NCBI GenBank assembly: GCA_964016885.1
Contig: OZ024744.1
Span: 62,062,001-62,126,000, forward strand
Source: Eledone cirrhosa
Taxonomy: Eukaryota
Reading direction: 5' to 3'
Length of the DNA: 64,000 nt
In this document: piece by piece, positions 26,993 to 39,867 of the stretch
Position numbering within the stretch: position 1 is the first letter of the stretch
How the letters are laid out: each line of letters begins with the position of its first letter
Program-made: the position numbers and the translations under genes
Notes under the pieces: generated by a model
Told to the model about the DNA's origin: nothing
What the model saw: only the letters and a program-made list of their open reading frames with translations
The model's database searches: none

Positions 26993-28845
26993 TCATCATC
27001 ATCATCATCGTTTAACGTCCATTTTCCACGCTAGCATGGGTCTGGACGGGAATTGTCCCACTTGAGGCAAGATTGGTTGTCTTGCTCAGGACTGTCTGGC
27101 GGGTTTTCTATGGCTGGATGCCCTTCCTAACACCAACCACGTTTACAGTGTGGACTGGGAGGTTTTTACCGTGTTACCTACACGGCCACATTACAGCGTG
27201 GACTGTGTGTTTTTTTGTCGTGACACCTACACGACCTCATTTGTTTCGGACTGGATGTTGTGGTACCAACATTACTTCACATTTAAGGGGGTGGTGTGGA
27301 TGGGGTGGGGGTAGTGGGACGGTGGTGTATTTTGTTAGAGGTGCCTACTGACTGTAGGTTTGGCTTTGTACTTCGGCAAGGCGGGTTTTCTGTATAACTG
27401 TGTAGCGCCAAAGATCTCGGTCCAGTGACATTGTCTTGGAGAGGTGTAAGTGTGTGAGGTCGGAATATATCAAGTCGTCCCAGGTTTTTCTGGGTCTGCC
27501 TACTCCGTGGCTACCGTCTATTTTTATCGCCCTGCACTTTTTGATACAGCTGTCGTCTTTCATGCGCATCACGTGACCATACCAACGTAGTCTTCTCTCG
27601 AGTAAACAACATCTGATCCTCTTATTCCTAATTTCTCCCTTAGTTCGTTTATGCTTTGCCGTTCACGTATATTACTATTACACATCCAACGGAGCATGCA
27701 AGCTTCGTTCCTCTCCAGTCTGCGTATATCCTCTGCACACAATGCCCATGTTTCACTGCCATGTAACATAGCTGTTCGTATGCAGGCATCATACAGCCTG
27801 CCTTTCATTTTTAGAGAGAACCCTTTAGCGGTCAATAGTGGTATAAGCTCTCTGAACTCTTTCCATCCCATTCTGACTCTAGCGGCTGTACTTTCAGAGC
27901 ACCCTCCACCAATGCTGATTTTATCACCCAGGTAACGGAAGGTGTCCACTATTTCTATAGAACCATCTGTGTAATGGAATGAGATAGTATTCTGTGGGCA
28001 CTTGCTGCTACTTATTACACACTGAGCATGGCCATTTCCCGGATAGGACCGGTGCCCTATTTTCCTTCCTACAAACTAGAACTTTGGTCTTAGACAAGTT
28101 AACTTTAAGGCATTTTGATTCTAGGCCATGCTTCATGTTTGGAATTTCTTCTCTAGTTCAGCCATTGATTCAGCTATGAGCGTTAGATCATGTGCATATA
28201 GGAGTTCCCATGGGTAGCCGGTCTTCAACTCCTCTGTTATAGCCTGAAGGGCAATAATAAATAGTAGGGGGCTAAGGACGGAGCCCTGATGAACACCAAC
28301 TTTTACGCTAAACTCTTCACTATATTCGTTGTTAGTTCTAACCTTGCTGACTGTTTCTTTATACATGGCTTCTATAGCTTTCACAAGCCATTCATCAACA
28401 CCTAGTTTTCTAAGGGCTCACCAGATAATCGAGCAGGGTACTCTGTCAAAGGTTTTCTTCAAGTCAACAATGGCTAAGTATAGGGGTTTACTTTTAGCTA
28501 GGTAGTTCTCCTGTAGTTGTCGTACAATGAACAGAGCGTCTGTTGTACTTTTATCTGACACAAAACCGAACTGCATTTCATCTAGATCAATTCTCTCTCT
28601 GATTAGTTGCGCTATTACTTTTTCTGTGACCTTCATGACCTGGTCAATTAATTTAATGCCTCTATAGTTACCCCTATCTAGGGCATCTCCTTTACCCTTG
28701 TAGCAGTTAATGATGATGCTGCTGCGCCAGTCCTTCGGAACAACCCCATTCTGTATGACTTGGTTTACTATCCGAGTGACCATAGTGTGTCCCACCGTTC
28801 CAGATGCTTTCAGCATTTCAGCAACTATTTCCGAAGACCCGGCCG
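26993..28845 (-). mobile_element. RTE family B, 5'-truncated and decayed
   Basis: Broken ORFs 28418-28879, 28133-28384 (YAHD), 27569-27949 and 27345-27572; an internal deletion near 28020 removes most of the finger. Confidence 0.92.
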
Positions 28846-28889
28846 ATACATATATACATATATATATACATATATACATATATACATAT

Positions 28890-31800
28890 CTTCTCGCGAA
28901 CTACCATTTTTGGCCGAAATTTTCCAGGATTCATTAAAATGGCTTCTCTCGGCTCTCTAAATCTCTATTACCCCCCCTCTCTATCACATACGTGACTGTT
29001 GGTCCCTCTCACTCTCTCCCTACTCGCACCAAATATAAATAAACCTGTTACGACGTACGAATCTCAGAATTTGTCAACTCTTATTAATGGTCAGTCCACT
29101 TCTACGAAATGTAATGTAAAATACCATTTCTTCTTGTCTCCCCACCCTTCGGTTCATTCATCCATATATCTATAATCGCCCAGAATCCAAATCCTACTTA
29201 ATGCTATTCTATAATTCTGTCTGGCTGTTCTGAATAATCTTGTGTATTTTAATCGCTTGTTACAGTTTATCTCACTAACTACCCCATACCCCTCCTGCCC
29301 GCCTCCACTTTCCACCATGATTATTTGGACCAATAATAAGTCAGTGGCCTATGCTATCACTTCTCCTGGTTGCTTTTCGATATGATGGATGGACTAAGGA
29401 ATTTCTGGAGAGTCTGAAGAATCTGGACACTCAGAGACAATGCCAAAGATAACGACAAATTCGCCTCACGGTGCCGGACAAAATGGCAAGGACTCTTCCT
29501 CTTTGTTTCGGTCGCGGATGGCCTACATAACACCAACCCCATCCCCGCGCCCCACCCACCAAACGCAATCCAAAACTTCAGAGTTGGTACCATGAATGTA
29601 CGCACCTTAAAAGGCCGCTCTAACGAGGTTGTAGAAATGCTTGAACGTAAAGAGGTTGATGTTTGCTGTATCCAAGAGACCAGGTGGAGGGGCGGGTCTG
29701 CTAGATTCACTGTGGGTAAAAAACGATGCTATAAGCTTTTCTGGTTGGGAAATGACAATGGGCTGGGTGGGGTAGGAATCATGTTAGCAGAAAAATGGGT
29801 GGATAAGATAATAGACGTAAATAGAGTGAATGACAGAATAATTAAAATAAGACTTGTTCTAAATAGAACTACTGTGACAGTAATATCTGCGTACGCACGC
29901 CAATCCGGACTGCCTGGCGCTATAAAAGACAGATTCTATGAGACACTGATGCTCACTACCTCCCAAATAACCGACAGTGACTACATAATTATTGCTGGCG
30001 ACCTAAATGGTCACATTGGACAACATTGTGATGGCTATGACGGAATCCACGGAGGCTATGGGTTTGGTACTAGAAATGAGGAAGGCTCCAGAATCCTGGA
30101 ATTCTGTGACGCAAATAATCTAACTATCTGTAACACTAACTTAAAAAAACCAGACAATCACTTGATCACCTACAGATCAGGGGAACATACCAGCCAGGTA
30201 GATTATATCCTTACCAGAAGACGTGACAGAGTGTCTGTTGTAAACACTAAATCCCTCCCCCATGAAGAATGCACCTCCCAACATAGATTGATAATTAGCG
30301 ACCTCATAGTCAGGATGAGACGTACTCGACAACAGAAGAGGACTATCCTCAGGAGAAAAATATGGAAGCTAGTAATAAATTTAAAAGCATATTACTTGAT
30401 GCTTTCGACAGTATGGAAGAGCAATTAGAGTCGTACAATATAGAGGTACAGTGGGTATTCCTGAAAGCAAACCTGCTGATGGCGGCAGACGAAGTCTGTG
30501 GCTGGAGCAGGCCTATAGGCAGGAGGAGAGTAACGTGGTGGTGGAACAGTAAGGTGGAGGAGTCAATTAAGGCCAAAAAGCAGGCTTGGAAAGTATGGCA
30601 GGATGGGGGAAGGAGAGAAGACTATCAAGTGGCCAGGAGGGAAGCTAGGAGACAAGTGTACTTCACAAGAAGGGAAGCAGAGGAAAGAAAGTTCAAGCAT
30701 GTTCTACAACGCGAGGACTAAAAACGTGAGGTGTTCAGGATTGCTAGGCAATGTGTCAAGGAAAACCGTGATATTGTCGGGGAGAAGTGTGTCTTTAATG
30801 ATGATGGTGTACTTGCCATCACTGACGCTGATAAGAAGGTAGCTTGGAAGTGTCACTACGAAAGGCTACTAAATGAGGAGAATAAATGGGAGAAAGACAG
30901 TCTCCCCCACATCGATCCAATAGAGGGACCAGCAGTGTTAGTCGAAGGTAGTATAATAAGTAAGGCAATCAAAGAGGTGAAGACGGGTAAGGCAGCTGGG
31001 CCTTTGAAAATAGTTGCTGAAATGCTGAAAGCATCTGGAACGGTGGGACCCACTATGGTCACTCGGATAGTAAACCAAGTCATACAGAATGGGGTTGTTC
31101 CGAAGGACTGGCGTAGCAGCATCATCATTAACTGCTACAAGGGTAAAGGAGATGCCCTAGATAGGGGTAACTATAGAGGCATTAAATTAATCGACCAGGT
31201 CATGAAAGTCACAGAAAAAGTAATAGCGCAACTAATCAGAGAGCGAATTGATCTAGATGAAATGCAGTTTGGGTTTGTGTCAGGTAAAAGTACCACAGAC
31301 GCTCTTTTCATTGTACGACAACTACAGGAGAAGTACCTAGCTAAAGGTAAACCCCTCTACTTAGCTTTTGTCGACTTGGAGAAAGCCTTTGACAGAGTAC
31401 CCCATTCCATTATCTGGTGGGCTCTTAGAAAACTAGGTGTTGATGAATGGCTTGTGAGAGCTATACAAGCCATGTATAAAGAAACAGTCAGCAAGGTTAG
31501 AATTAACAATGAATATAGTGAAGAGTTTAGCGTAAAAGTTGGTGTTCATCAGGGCTCCGTCCTTAGCCCCCTACTATTTATTATTGCCCTTCAGGCTATA
31601 ACAGTGAAGTTCAAGACCGGCTGCCCATGGGAACTCCTATATGCAGATGATCTAACGCTCATAGCTGAATCAATGGCTGAACTAGAGAAGAAATTCCAAA
31701 CATGGAAGCATGGCCTAGAATCAAAAGGCCTTAAAATTAACCTATCTACGACTAAAGTTCTAGTTTGTAGGGAGGAAAATAGGGTACCGGTTCCATCCGG

Positions 31801-32976
31801 GAAATGGCCATGCTCAGTGTGTAGGAAAGGAGTAGGTAGAAACTCTATTTTATGTCCCAAATGCAAAGTATGGGTGCATAAAAGATGTAGTGGGATCACA
31901 GGTAAGCTAACTAAGAACATAGATTTTACATGTGGCCGGTGCTCTGGTGCAATAAGTAGCAGCAAGTGCCCACAGAAATACTAGCTCATTCCATTGCACA
32001 GATGGTTCTATAGAAATAGTGGACACCTTCCGTTACATGGTGACAAAATCAGCAGTGGTGGAGGGTGCTCTGAAAGTACAGTAGCTAGAGTCAGAACCGG
32101 ATGGAAAAAGTTCAGAGAGCTTATACCACTATTAACCGCTAAAGGGTTCTCTCTAAAAATGAAAGGCAGGCTGTATGATGCCTGCATATGAACAGCAATG
32201 TTACATTGCAGTGAGACCTGGGCATTGTGTGCAGAGGATATACGCAGACTGGAAAGGAACGAAGCTTACATGCTCCGCTGGATGTGTAATAGTTATATAC
32301 GTGAACGGCAAAGCATAACCGAACTAAGGGAAAAGTTAGAAATAAGAGGGATCAGATGTTGTTTACTCTAGAGAAGGCTACGTTGGTATGGTCACGTGAT
32401 GCGCATGAAAGACGACAGCTGTATAAAAAAGTGCAGGGCAATAAAAATAGACGGTAGCCATGGAGTAAGCAGACCCAGATAAAGCTGGGACGACTTGATA
32501 AATTCCAACCTCACACACTTACACCTCTCCAAGACAATGTCACTGGACCGAGATCTTTGGCACTACACAGTAATACAGAAGACCCGCCTTACCTAAGTAC
32601 AAAGTGAAACCTACTACAGTCAGTAGGCACCTCTAACAAAAATACACCCCCGTCCCACCACGCCCACCCCATCCACACCACCCCTTTCAATGTAAAGTTA
32701 TGTTGGTACCACAACATCCAGTCCGAAACAAAGAGGTCGTATAGGTGTCACGACAAAAAAACACACAGTCCACGCTGTAATGTGACCGTGTAGGTAACAC
32801 GGTAAAACCTCCCAGTACACACTGTAAACGTGGTTGGTGTTAGGAAGGGCATCCAGCCGTAGAAAACCCGCCAGACAGTCCTATACGAGCAGCACAACAA
32901 ATCTTGACTCAAGTGGGAAAACTCCTGTCCAAACCCATGCAAGCGTGGAAGATGGACGTTAAACGATGATGATGAT
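28890..32976 (+). mobile_element. RTE family B, near full length with 5' UTR, inactivated
   Basis: APE 29592-30428, RT 30731-31984, several frameshifts and stops, 3' UTR and (GAT)n. The leader from ~29240 is homologous to 61030-61380. Confidence 0.93.
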
Positions 32977-32990
32977 ATATATATATATAT

Positions 32991-33983
32991 TGTTATACTT
33001 GGGGAGGGTCATATTTGTGTAATATTGCCAGAATTAATAACAGAACACACTCACTGTTTGGTTGGTTTGCGCTTCTGTGTCTTTTATATCGGTAATCTAA
33101 TTTGTTCGGTCCTCAATGTTGCCATTGACTGACCAACGGTAAAAAATAATACAGATACAATATAGACACAAACACATATATATAGTTTATTAAAGTTCTT
33201 TCGTTGCACATCTGCAACATCGTCAGTGGTGCTATTGTTTCCTCCCGTTACATTGTATGTCTACGCCATTTTTATTTAGTCTGTCTATATATTTATTTAT
33301 TTATTTGTTTGTTTGTTTATTTTATTTTGTCTTCTTTGCGCATGCGTTTGCGTGTGTGTATAGTGTTTTGTTTGATGTGTGTTCGTGATTGGGTGACTGT
33401 GTATCGGTTAATGTATTCTATCTTTACTAGTGTGTGTTTATATGTGTTTGTTGTTATTGTGCTTGTGTATGTATTTATTTATTTATTTATCTATTTATTT
33501 ATTTATTTATTTATACTTCTCTTAGGTCAGTGTTGTTTGTTTGGGTGTTGTTGTTATTCCATTCATTCTTTCTATTTAGTCTTGGCCTTCTAAGTTCTAT
33601 TTCACTGGCCTCTCTGATTTGCCTATCTGCTGGGTCATTTCTATGTTTAGATATTCTTCTAATTTCTATGTTGTCTATGTTACCGTCGTGTTGTTGTCTG
33701 GCATGTTCGTATAGTACTGACCCGTTTTTTCGTCCTTTTAGTTCCCCCCAGTGTTGGTCTATCCTTTCACCTATGCTACGAGCTGTCTTGCCTATGTATG
33801 TTGTTGTCATGTTTCTGCAAGTACCCTCTGTACATCTTATGCTATAGACTACGTTTCTAGTTTTACAGTTTATCCGGGGGTTTACCTTACATATGATACA
33901 TTTCCTATTAGTACAGTGGGTTTTCTTAAAAGGGTAGGTTTTGCTGATCAGGGATTTTATGGTGGTTCCTGGCTTTTCTACCT
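32991..33983 (-). mobile_element. Naiad-like element 3' fragment (GIY-YIG + pLTR)
   Basis: Reverse complement of 25984-26965; YIGKTARSIGERIDQH. Confidence 0.92.
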
Positions 33984-33986
33984 ATA

Positions 33987-34020
<34 letters not shown>

Positions 34021-34909
34021 CACATATATATATACATATATATAGTTTTTAACATTATTACATTTTCTTCAGCAACCACTAACTACTTTGATATTGTATC
34101 TAAAGCCACTATCACTAAGTGATTTTCAGTAAAACAGGTATATTGGTTTAAATATTTGACTCATTCATGTATTTAGTTCTGTTAAATATAATGATTTCTA
34201 CTATAGGCACAAGGCCAGCAATTTGAAGGGAAGGGGAAAGTTGATTAAATAGATCATAGTGTATTACTGGTGCATTATTTTATCAACCCTGTAAGGATGA
34301 AAGGCAAAGCTAACCTCGGTGGCCATAACTCTATACCACAAAGAATGGTGTCTGACACTATCGATACTGCCACATAATACTGACATATTAGCAGTGCGTA
34401 TTTGGATACTAAATGACAAACTCATAGATTTTATATGGTAGTATATTATAAACTGAAGCGACTAAGTGCAGAGGCATTAGAACATTGAATATAATGCTTT
34501 GCCGTATTTGTTCTGGCACTCTGTGCTTTGAGCTCAAATCTCGCTCAGGTCCACTTTGCCTTTCATCCTTTTAAGATGGATAAGAAAAATAACAGCCTAG
34601 TACTAGTGTTAATTCTTCCCCTATATCTCTTTAATTCTTCTCAATTACTCTCATTCCTCATTTGGAAGAAATAGGCTGTGTTTAGATTTAGATCTGGTGA
34701 GGAGGTGGGTTCCGCATTGTTTAAAATGCCCAAGAAACACTATGTCACTATGGTGCCTCTACAACTCCATCAGGGGTTACACATCCATAAATATATACTA
34801 TAGGACAAACTAGATTTTATGCTATAGCATATTACGGGACAAACAGATTTTATATAAATGATTGACACTATGAATCTGACTGCAAAGAACTATATAAATA
34901 TCAAGATGG

Positions 34910-35075
34910 AAATATGCATAAAAATGAATAAATTGACATGCAAATAAGCATAAATGTGTATAGATTAATATGCAAATAAGCATAAACATGAATAAATTAA
35001 TATGCAAATAAGCATAAATATGAATTAATATGCAAATACACAAATATGAATAAATGAATATGCAAATAAGCATTA
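34910..35075. repeat. Degenerate ~30-bp tandem repeat with five ATGCAAAT octamers
   Basis: ATGCAAAT at 34938, 34970, 35002, 35030 and 35060. Confidence 0.8.
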
Positions 35076-35298
35076 AATTCTCACACTCTACAATTTTACT
35101 TAAAATTACTGTGGTGAAATAGATTTTTAAAAATTAAACTGATTGATATTTGATATTCATCTAATATGCTAAGTTTTATCATAGTTTATTAAATAATATT
35201 AAAATTATCTTTTTACCAATGGGGCTGGCATGGCAGTGTGTGGTTAACATTTTGCTTCACAACTGCTTTCCCAAATTTGGTAAACGTAAAATATGCAA

Positions 35299-35349
<51 letters not shown>

Positions 35350-35890
35350 TGAGAGTGTGAGTGTGTGAGTGTGAGAGTGTGAGAGTGAGTGTGAGAGTGT
35401 GAGTGTGAGAGTGTGAGTGTGAGAGTGTGTGAGAGTGAGAGTGTGAGAGTGAGAGAGTGAGAGTGAGAGAGTGAGAGTGAGCGTGAGCGTGAGCGTGAGC
35501 GTGAGCGTGAGTATGAATATATGTTTACATCTAATTTATCATTACAGCTCAAAAAACAGAACAATAATAATATATGTACCAGACAAAAACCAATGTGTGT
35601 GTGTGTGTAAATAGCCTCATTTGCATAGAGAGCTGTAGGCTGCTTCGGCAGAGTAATCAGCCCATGTACATAGTCATCAAAACTATGTTTGTGCCTGTAT
35701 TGAGTTCCAGCAGAAAGCGAGGTAAAGAGGTGCACTACCTTGGTAACGACCATAAATCAGAAACGGTCGTCAGTAATTCCCCTGGAAATAGCTAGGTAGC
35801 ACTCCACCACCAGCTTTCAAATGTTTATTCATAATCATACCGTATATTATTTGATATAAAAAGCGCACACACACACACATATATATATAA

Positions 35891-36062
35891 AACGAAGGAG
35901 TTGTGGTAAGGAACCAGATGGACCATAACGCACCAGAGTACTCAATACTTAGGGTAGTAGAGTGGGTAATAGGAAAAAGTATGACCCCGACGGCAGAGCT
36001 CAAGCCGTTTCGACGGCTATTTCGAAACGGCTTGAGCTCTGCCGTCGGGGTCATACTATTTC
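35891..36062 (-). mobile_element. Solo Penelope pLTR tail with terminal hairpin
   Basis: Homologous to 3954-4144; 41-bp arms 35973-36013 and 36022-36062; flanked by (AT)n. Confidence 0.75.
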
Positions 36063-36081
36063 ATATGTACACATATATATA

Positions 36082-36121
<40 letters not shown>

Positions 36122-38300
36122 CCACAGTTTCAACCATATTTTGAAAGTGAAATTTGGTAGGCTTTGTATAAAAATTGTGTGTGATTTAGTGTGTGTTTAT
36201 ATCTGTTTATGTCACATAACTTAGCAGTTGAACAAATAAAGATCGATGGAGTAAGTACCAGGCTAAAAGAAAAAAGAAACAGTAAGTACTACTATAGCCA
36301 CAGGTTGACCAATGCCTTGTAAATGAAATGTTGTAGACGGTAACCATGCAGAAGCCCATTAAATGTGTTTCCATATCAGTCATAAGATCTAGCAGTTCGA
36401 CAAATAGAGATCAACAAAATAAAAACCAGACTAAAAAAAAAAATACAAGTAGTGACTAAATCCCTTCAAAGCAGCGTCACAGCATGGTCACAAACCAGCG
36501 AAATGAATGAAATGAGAGAGAGAGTGATGCAAGGGAGATAATAATGTACACATATTTGTACGCAATGAATCTTGTACTGTAAAGTTAATGGACTGATTCC
36601 ACTAAGCTATCTCTTTACTTCTTACCTATCATGCAGTCTAGCCATGACCATCATCTCTTTCCCACCCACTCCCATAATGTATCTAGAACCACATATTCAA
36701 GGAAATCCTTCCTTTAACATAATATAATAAAATGTGATTTTGGGGAAGATGTGACTGCTATTTATTTCACTAAGCCTGGCAACTTGGGTACTGAGAAATA
36801 TTTAGTCTCTCTACGAAGGTAAGCAAAAAATTATCTGCACTTTCGCCATAACATATCTTTAGGTTTGTCACACTGCCCTTTGCCTATGTGTGCTTAGAGT
36901 TTGTTACTATTATGGTCTAATGATCGAAATTTAAGCTTTGATCGCGCCAATTTTCTTGCTGGTGTTACAGGTTGTGGATTTGATTTCCAGATGATGTGAC
37001 ATGTGTCCTTCAGTAACGCATTTCATTTCCCTTTGCTCAAGTCCACTCAGCTGAAAATTAACAGCAACAGCAGTAGCAGAGGATTAATTTTGACAGACTA
37101 ACATCCTACTTAGTCTTGTATTTTCACTTGCTTAACACATGAAACTGGGAGAAGCTCCTGCCTTTGTCTCGTCCAAGTCTGCATAGGAGAATAAATGTAA
37201 AATAAATGAAGATTTTCTCTCCACCACCCACTTTCCTCATTTATATCTACACAAACATTTTGATAAGTTTGATCTCGAATTGTCATTAGATGCCTTACTC
37301 CTGGGTGTGTACATAGTCCTATGGTATGGTCACGTAACTCCTGGGGGGGGGGGGGGTCGTAGGGGTGCCATATCAGCGTTTCTTGGGCATTTAAAGTCTG
37401 GAAGAGCCCATCCCTCTCGAGGCCTGAGTATAGCAAAATTCTTCCAGAGAAAGATAGAAAGTGAGAAAGAAATATAGAGGAAGAACCAACCCCAGTACTA
37501 GACTGGTACTTTTTTTATCGACCTCGAAAGGATGAAAAGCAAAGTTGACCTCGGCAGGATTTGAACTTAGAGAGCAGAGAGCTGGAACAAACACCATAAA
37601 GCATTTTATCCGCTGTTCTAACGACTCTGCCAATTCACCACCTACATAGTCCTATACTGGATTCAAATAAGGAAACATTTTGTTTATTATTAAATATTTA
37701 TTAAATAAGTGGTCTAGTGGATAAAGTATCATTACCATCAGTGGAAATATAAAGGCTTCTAGTTAAACTCCAGTCAGAAACTATGTATATATTATCATCA
37801 CAATTATCAATTTACAATTGTTTTTTCTGTGTTGGCTTGGGTCAGGGAGGTTATTACAAACCAAGTCGGTACTTAATTCGAGTTACTATCTTCCTTGACA
37901 GGTAGGGAACCATGTCTCACTCATTTCAATTTTTGGTCTGGTTTCTATGACTGGATACTCTTTCTAATACCAACCACTTCATAGAGTGTACTGGATGCAT
38001 TTTATCAAGACAAGAACACTTTGATATGACCAAAGAGTCCACCTATCTACCATTTGGAGCATGGTGTCTACAGCTGGATGCCTTTTTACAGAGTGTATTG
38101 GGAACATTTTATCATGGCATCAGCAATGGGAGGTTCTTATGTGTTTGACATTGCTGAAGAATACTCTCTACCACATTTTGTCATAGTTTTGTACATAGTA
38201 TAGATAGTATAGATATTATCTCTAAAGATGAGATAAATAAATTCTGAAAATATAAATATTTTGGGTTAATATTAATTCAGTAGCAACACAATAAAATGTA

Positions 38301-38335
<35 letters not shown>

Positions 38336-38340
38336 CTTAC

Positions 38341-38465
38341 ATCAGCTTCATCCATTGTGTTGTGAGAATTTGAAGGCCATGTAGCTATTTTATTAGGGGA
38401 ACCATTTTCCTCTTCAACATTGTATGGAGTGTCAAAGACCTGCTCTATATAATAAACTGCCTGGG
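38341..38465 (-). CDS. CEP170: CEP170-like exon following the FHA core
   Basis: (S)QAVYYIEQVFDTPYNVEEENGSPNKIATWPSNSHNTMDEAD, GTAAGT donor, U12 branch TTTCCTTAAT just upstream. The exact acceptor is inferred from reading frame. Confidence 0.75.
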
Positions 38466-39274
38466 ATACAGTGATTAAGGAAAATAGACATTTTATATTA
38501 TTGTAAAGAAATAAAAATAACGTGTAGAAAAACATTATTTACAAGATTCTACATTCATTCTTAACATTCTGTACTGCATGAAACTGCATTAGCAAAACCT
38601 TGAAAATTACCAAACAACACTGCATCACAGTTAAAAATTCAAATCTCTACTCCAATGCTGAAAAATTACAATGATCTGTGCACTAGTAAAGATATTACAA
38701 ATAACAAAACAGTTTTTAAATATTTTCTGTTAAATATTAAAACTTCAATTATATGCCATCTTTTGATACTAACTTTAAGTCTAAAATCTGTCTTATGGCA
38801 TGAAGCAACTGAGAGTACACGACTTGCCCCTGGACAGAATGCCAGTTCATCGTGGGGTTATACCCCCAGCTGTTGCTGGTATGCATTTTCAGTTGAGTAT
38901 ACTGGAGCAATGTGAAATTAAGTGTTTTGTTCAAGAACACAACACGCAATCCGGCCCAGGAATCAAACCCACAACATTATGATCATAAGTCCAACAGTCT
39001 TACCTCTAGGCCACAAACCTCCATTAACTCACTCAAAATTGTCTCTTGTTCTATTAAACAAAAGAAACACCCATTTTAAAGGGTTCCTAAGTAATTTCAA
39101 CATTCCAACATAAATGTTCAATAAATGCCAACCCTAATTGGCTTTGTAAGTCAGGTACGGATCTTCACACATCTAACCATCTGTTTACACACAACATAAA
39201 CAAGCGTCACTATCTATACTACTGCTGTCAAATGCAAAGAGAAGGAAAAGAGTGAGACAAACAAGTACGCGCGC

Positions 39275-39320
<46 letters not shown>

Positions 39321-39462
39321 TGAGCTTCCATACAGTTTCTGTCTACCAAATTTCACTCACATGGCATTGGTCAACCCGAGGCTATAGTAAAAAGTTAACT
39401 CCACAACCATGCCAGTGACTATGTTGATGTTTATATTTTACAGTTGAGAAAAAAAAGGATAT
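38466..39462 (-). other. U12-type (minor spliceosome) intron, 997 nt, predicted AT-AT termini
   Basis: 5' site ATATCCTTT starting at 39462; branch TTCCTTAAT at 38482-38474; frame-preserving end ...CTGTAT at 38466. Confidence 0.8.
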
Positions 39463-39541
39463 AATATCCAAGACGTATGGTATACTTTTCTTCCAATGTT
39501 ATATATTCTTGTTCTGGAATTCGTACATCATTTATGAAAGT
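39463..39541 (-). CDS. CEP170: CEP170-like FHA-domain exon (79 nt)
   Basis: ttttcttttcacag acceptor; TFINDVRIPEQEYITLEEKYTIRLGY, compared with vertebrate CEP170 TFVNDVRIPEQTYITL..RFGY as recalled. Confidence 0.9.
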
Positions 39542-39627
39542 CTGTGAAAAGAAAATTAAAATAACAATTAAGAGATCAATCAATTAACTGATTTCATTTT
39601 TTTTTTTTTAAATATATATAAATATAA

Positions 39628-39867
39628 TGCTATACTTTGGGAGGGTCATGCTGCCAATAAAAACACAAGCACCTGTTGGTTATTAACTTCAATTTATTAT
39701 AAATTTCCAGTTGGTTGTTTATATATTATCAAATCTCTTCCATCAAACATTGTGACTGATTTCTTATTTTGTCTCTCCTTTATTCTGTCCTACACCATCT
39801 TGTTTTTGTGTGAAACCAACAGGTGCATGTGTTTTTATTGGCAGCATGACCCTCTCAAAGTATAACA
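39628..39867. mobile_element. 240-bp element with 54-bp inverted ends related to the Naiad 3' terminus
   Basis: Arms 39628-39681 and 39814-39867 with 3 mismatches; end ATGACCCTCTCAAAGTATAACA versus Naiad ATGACCCTCCCCAAGTATAACA. Confidence 0.75.
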
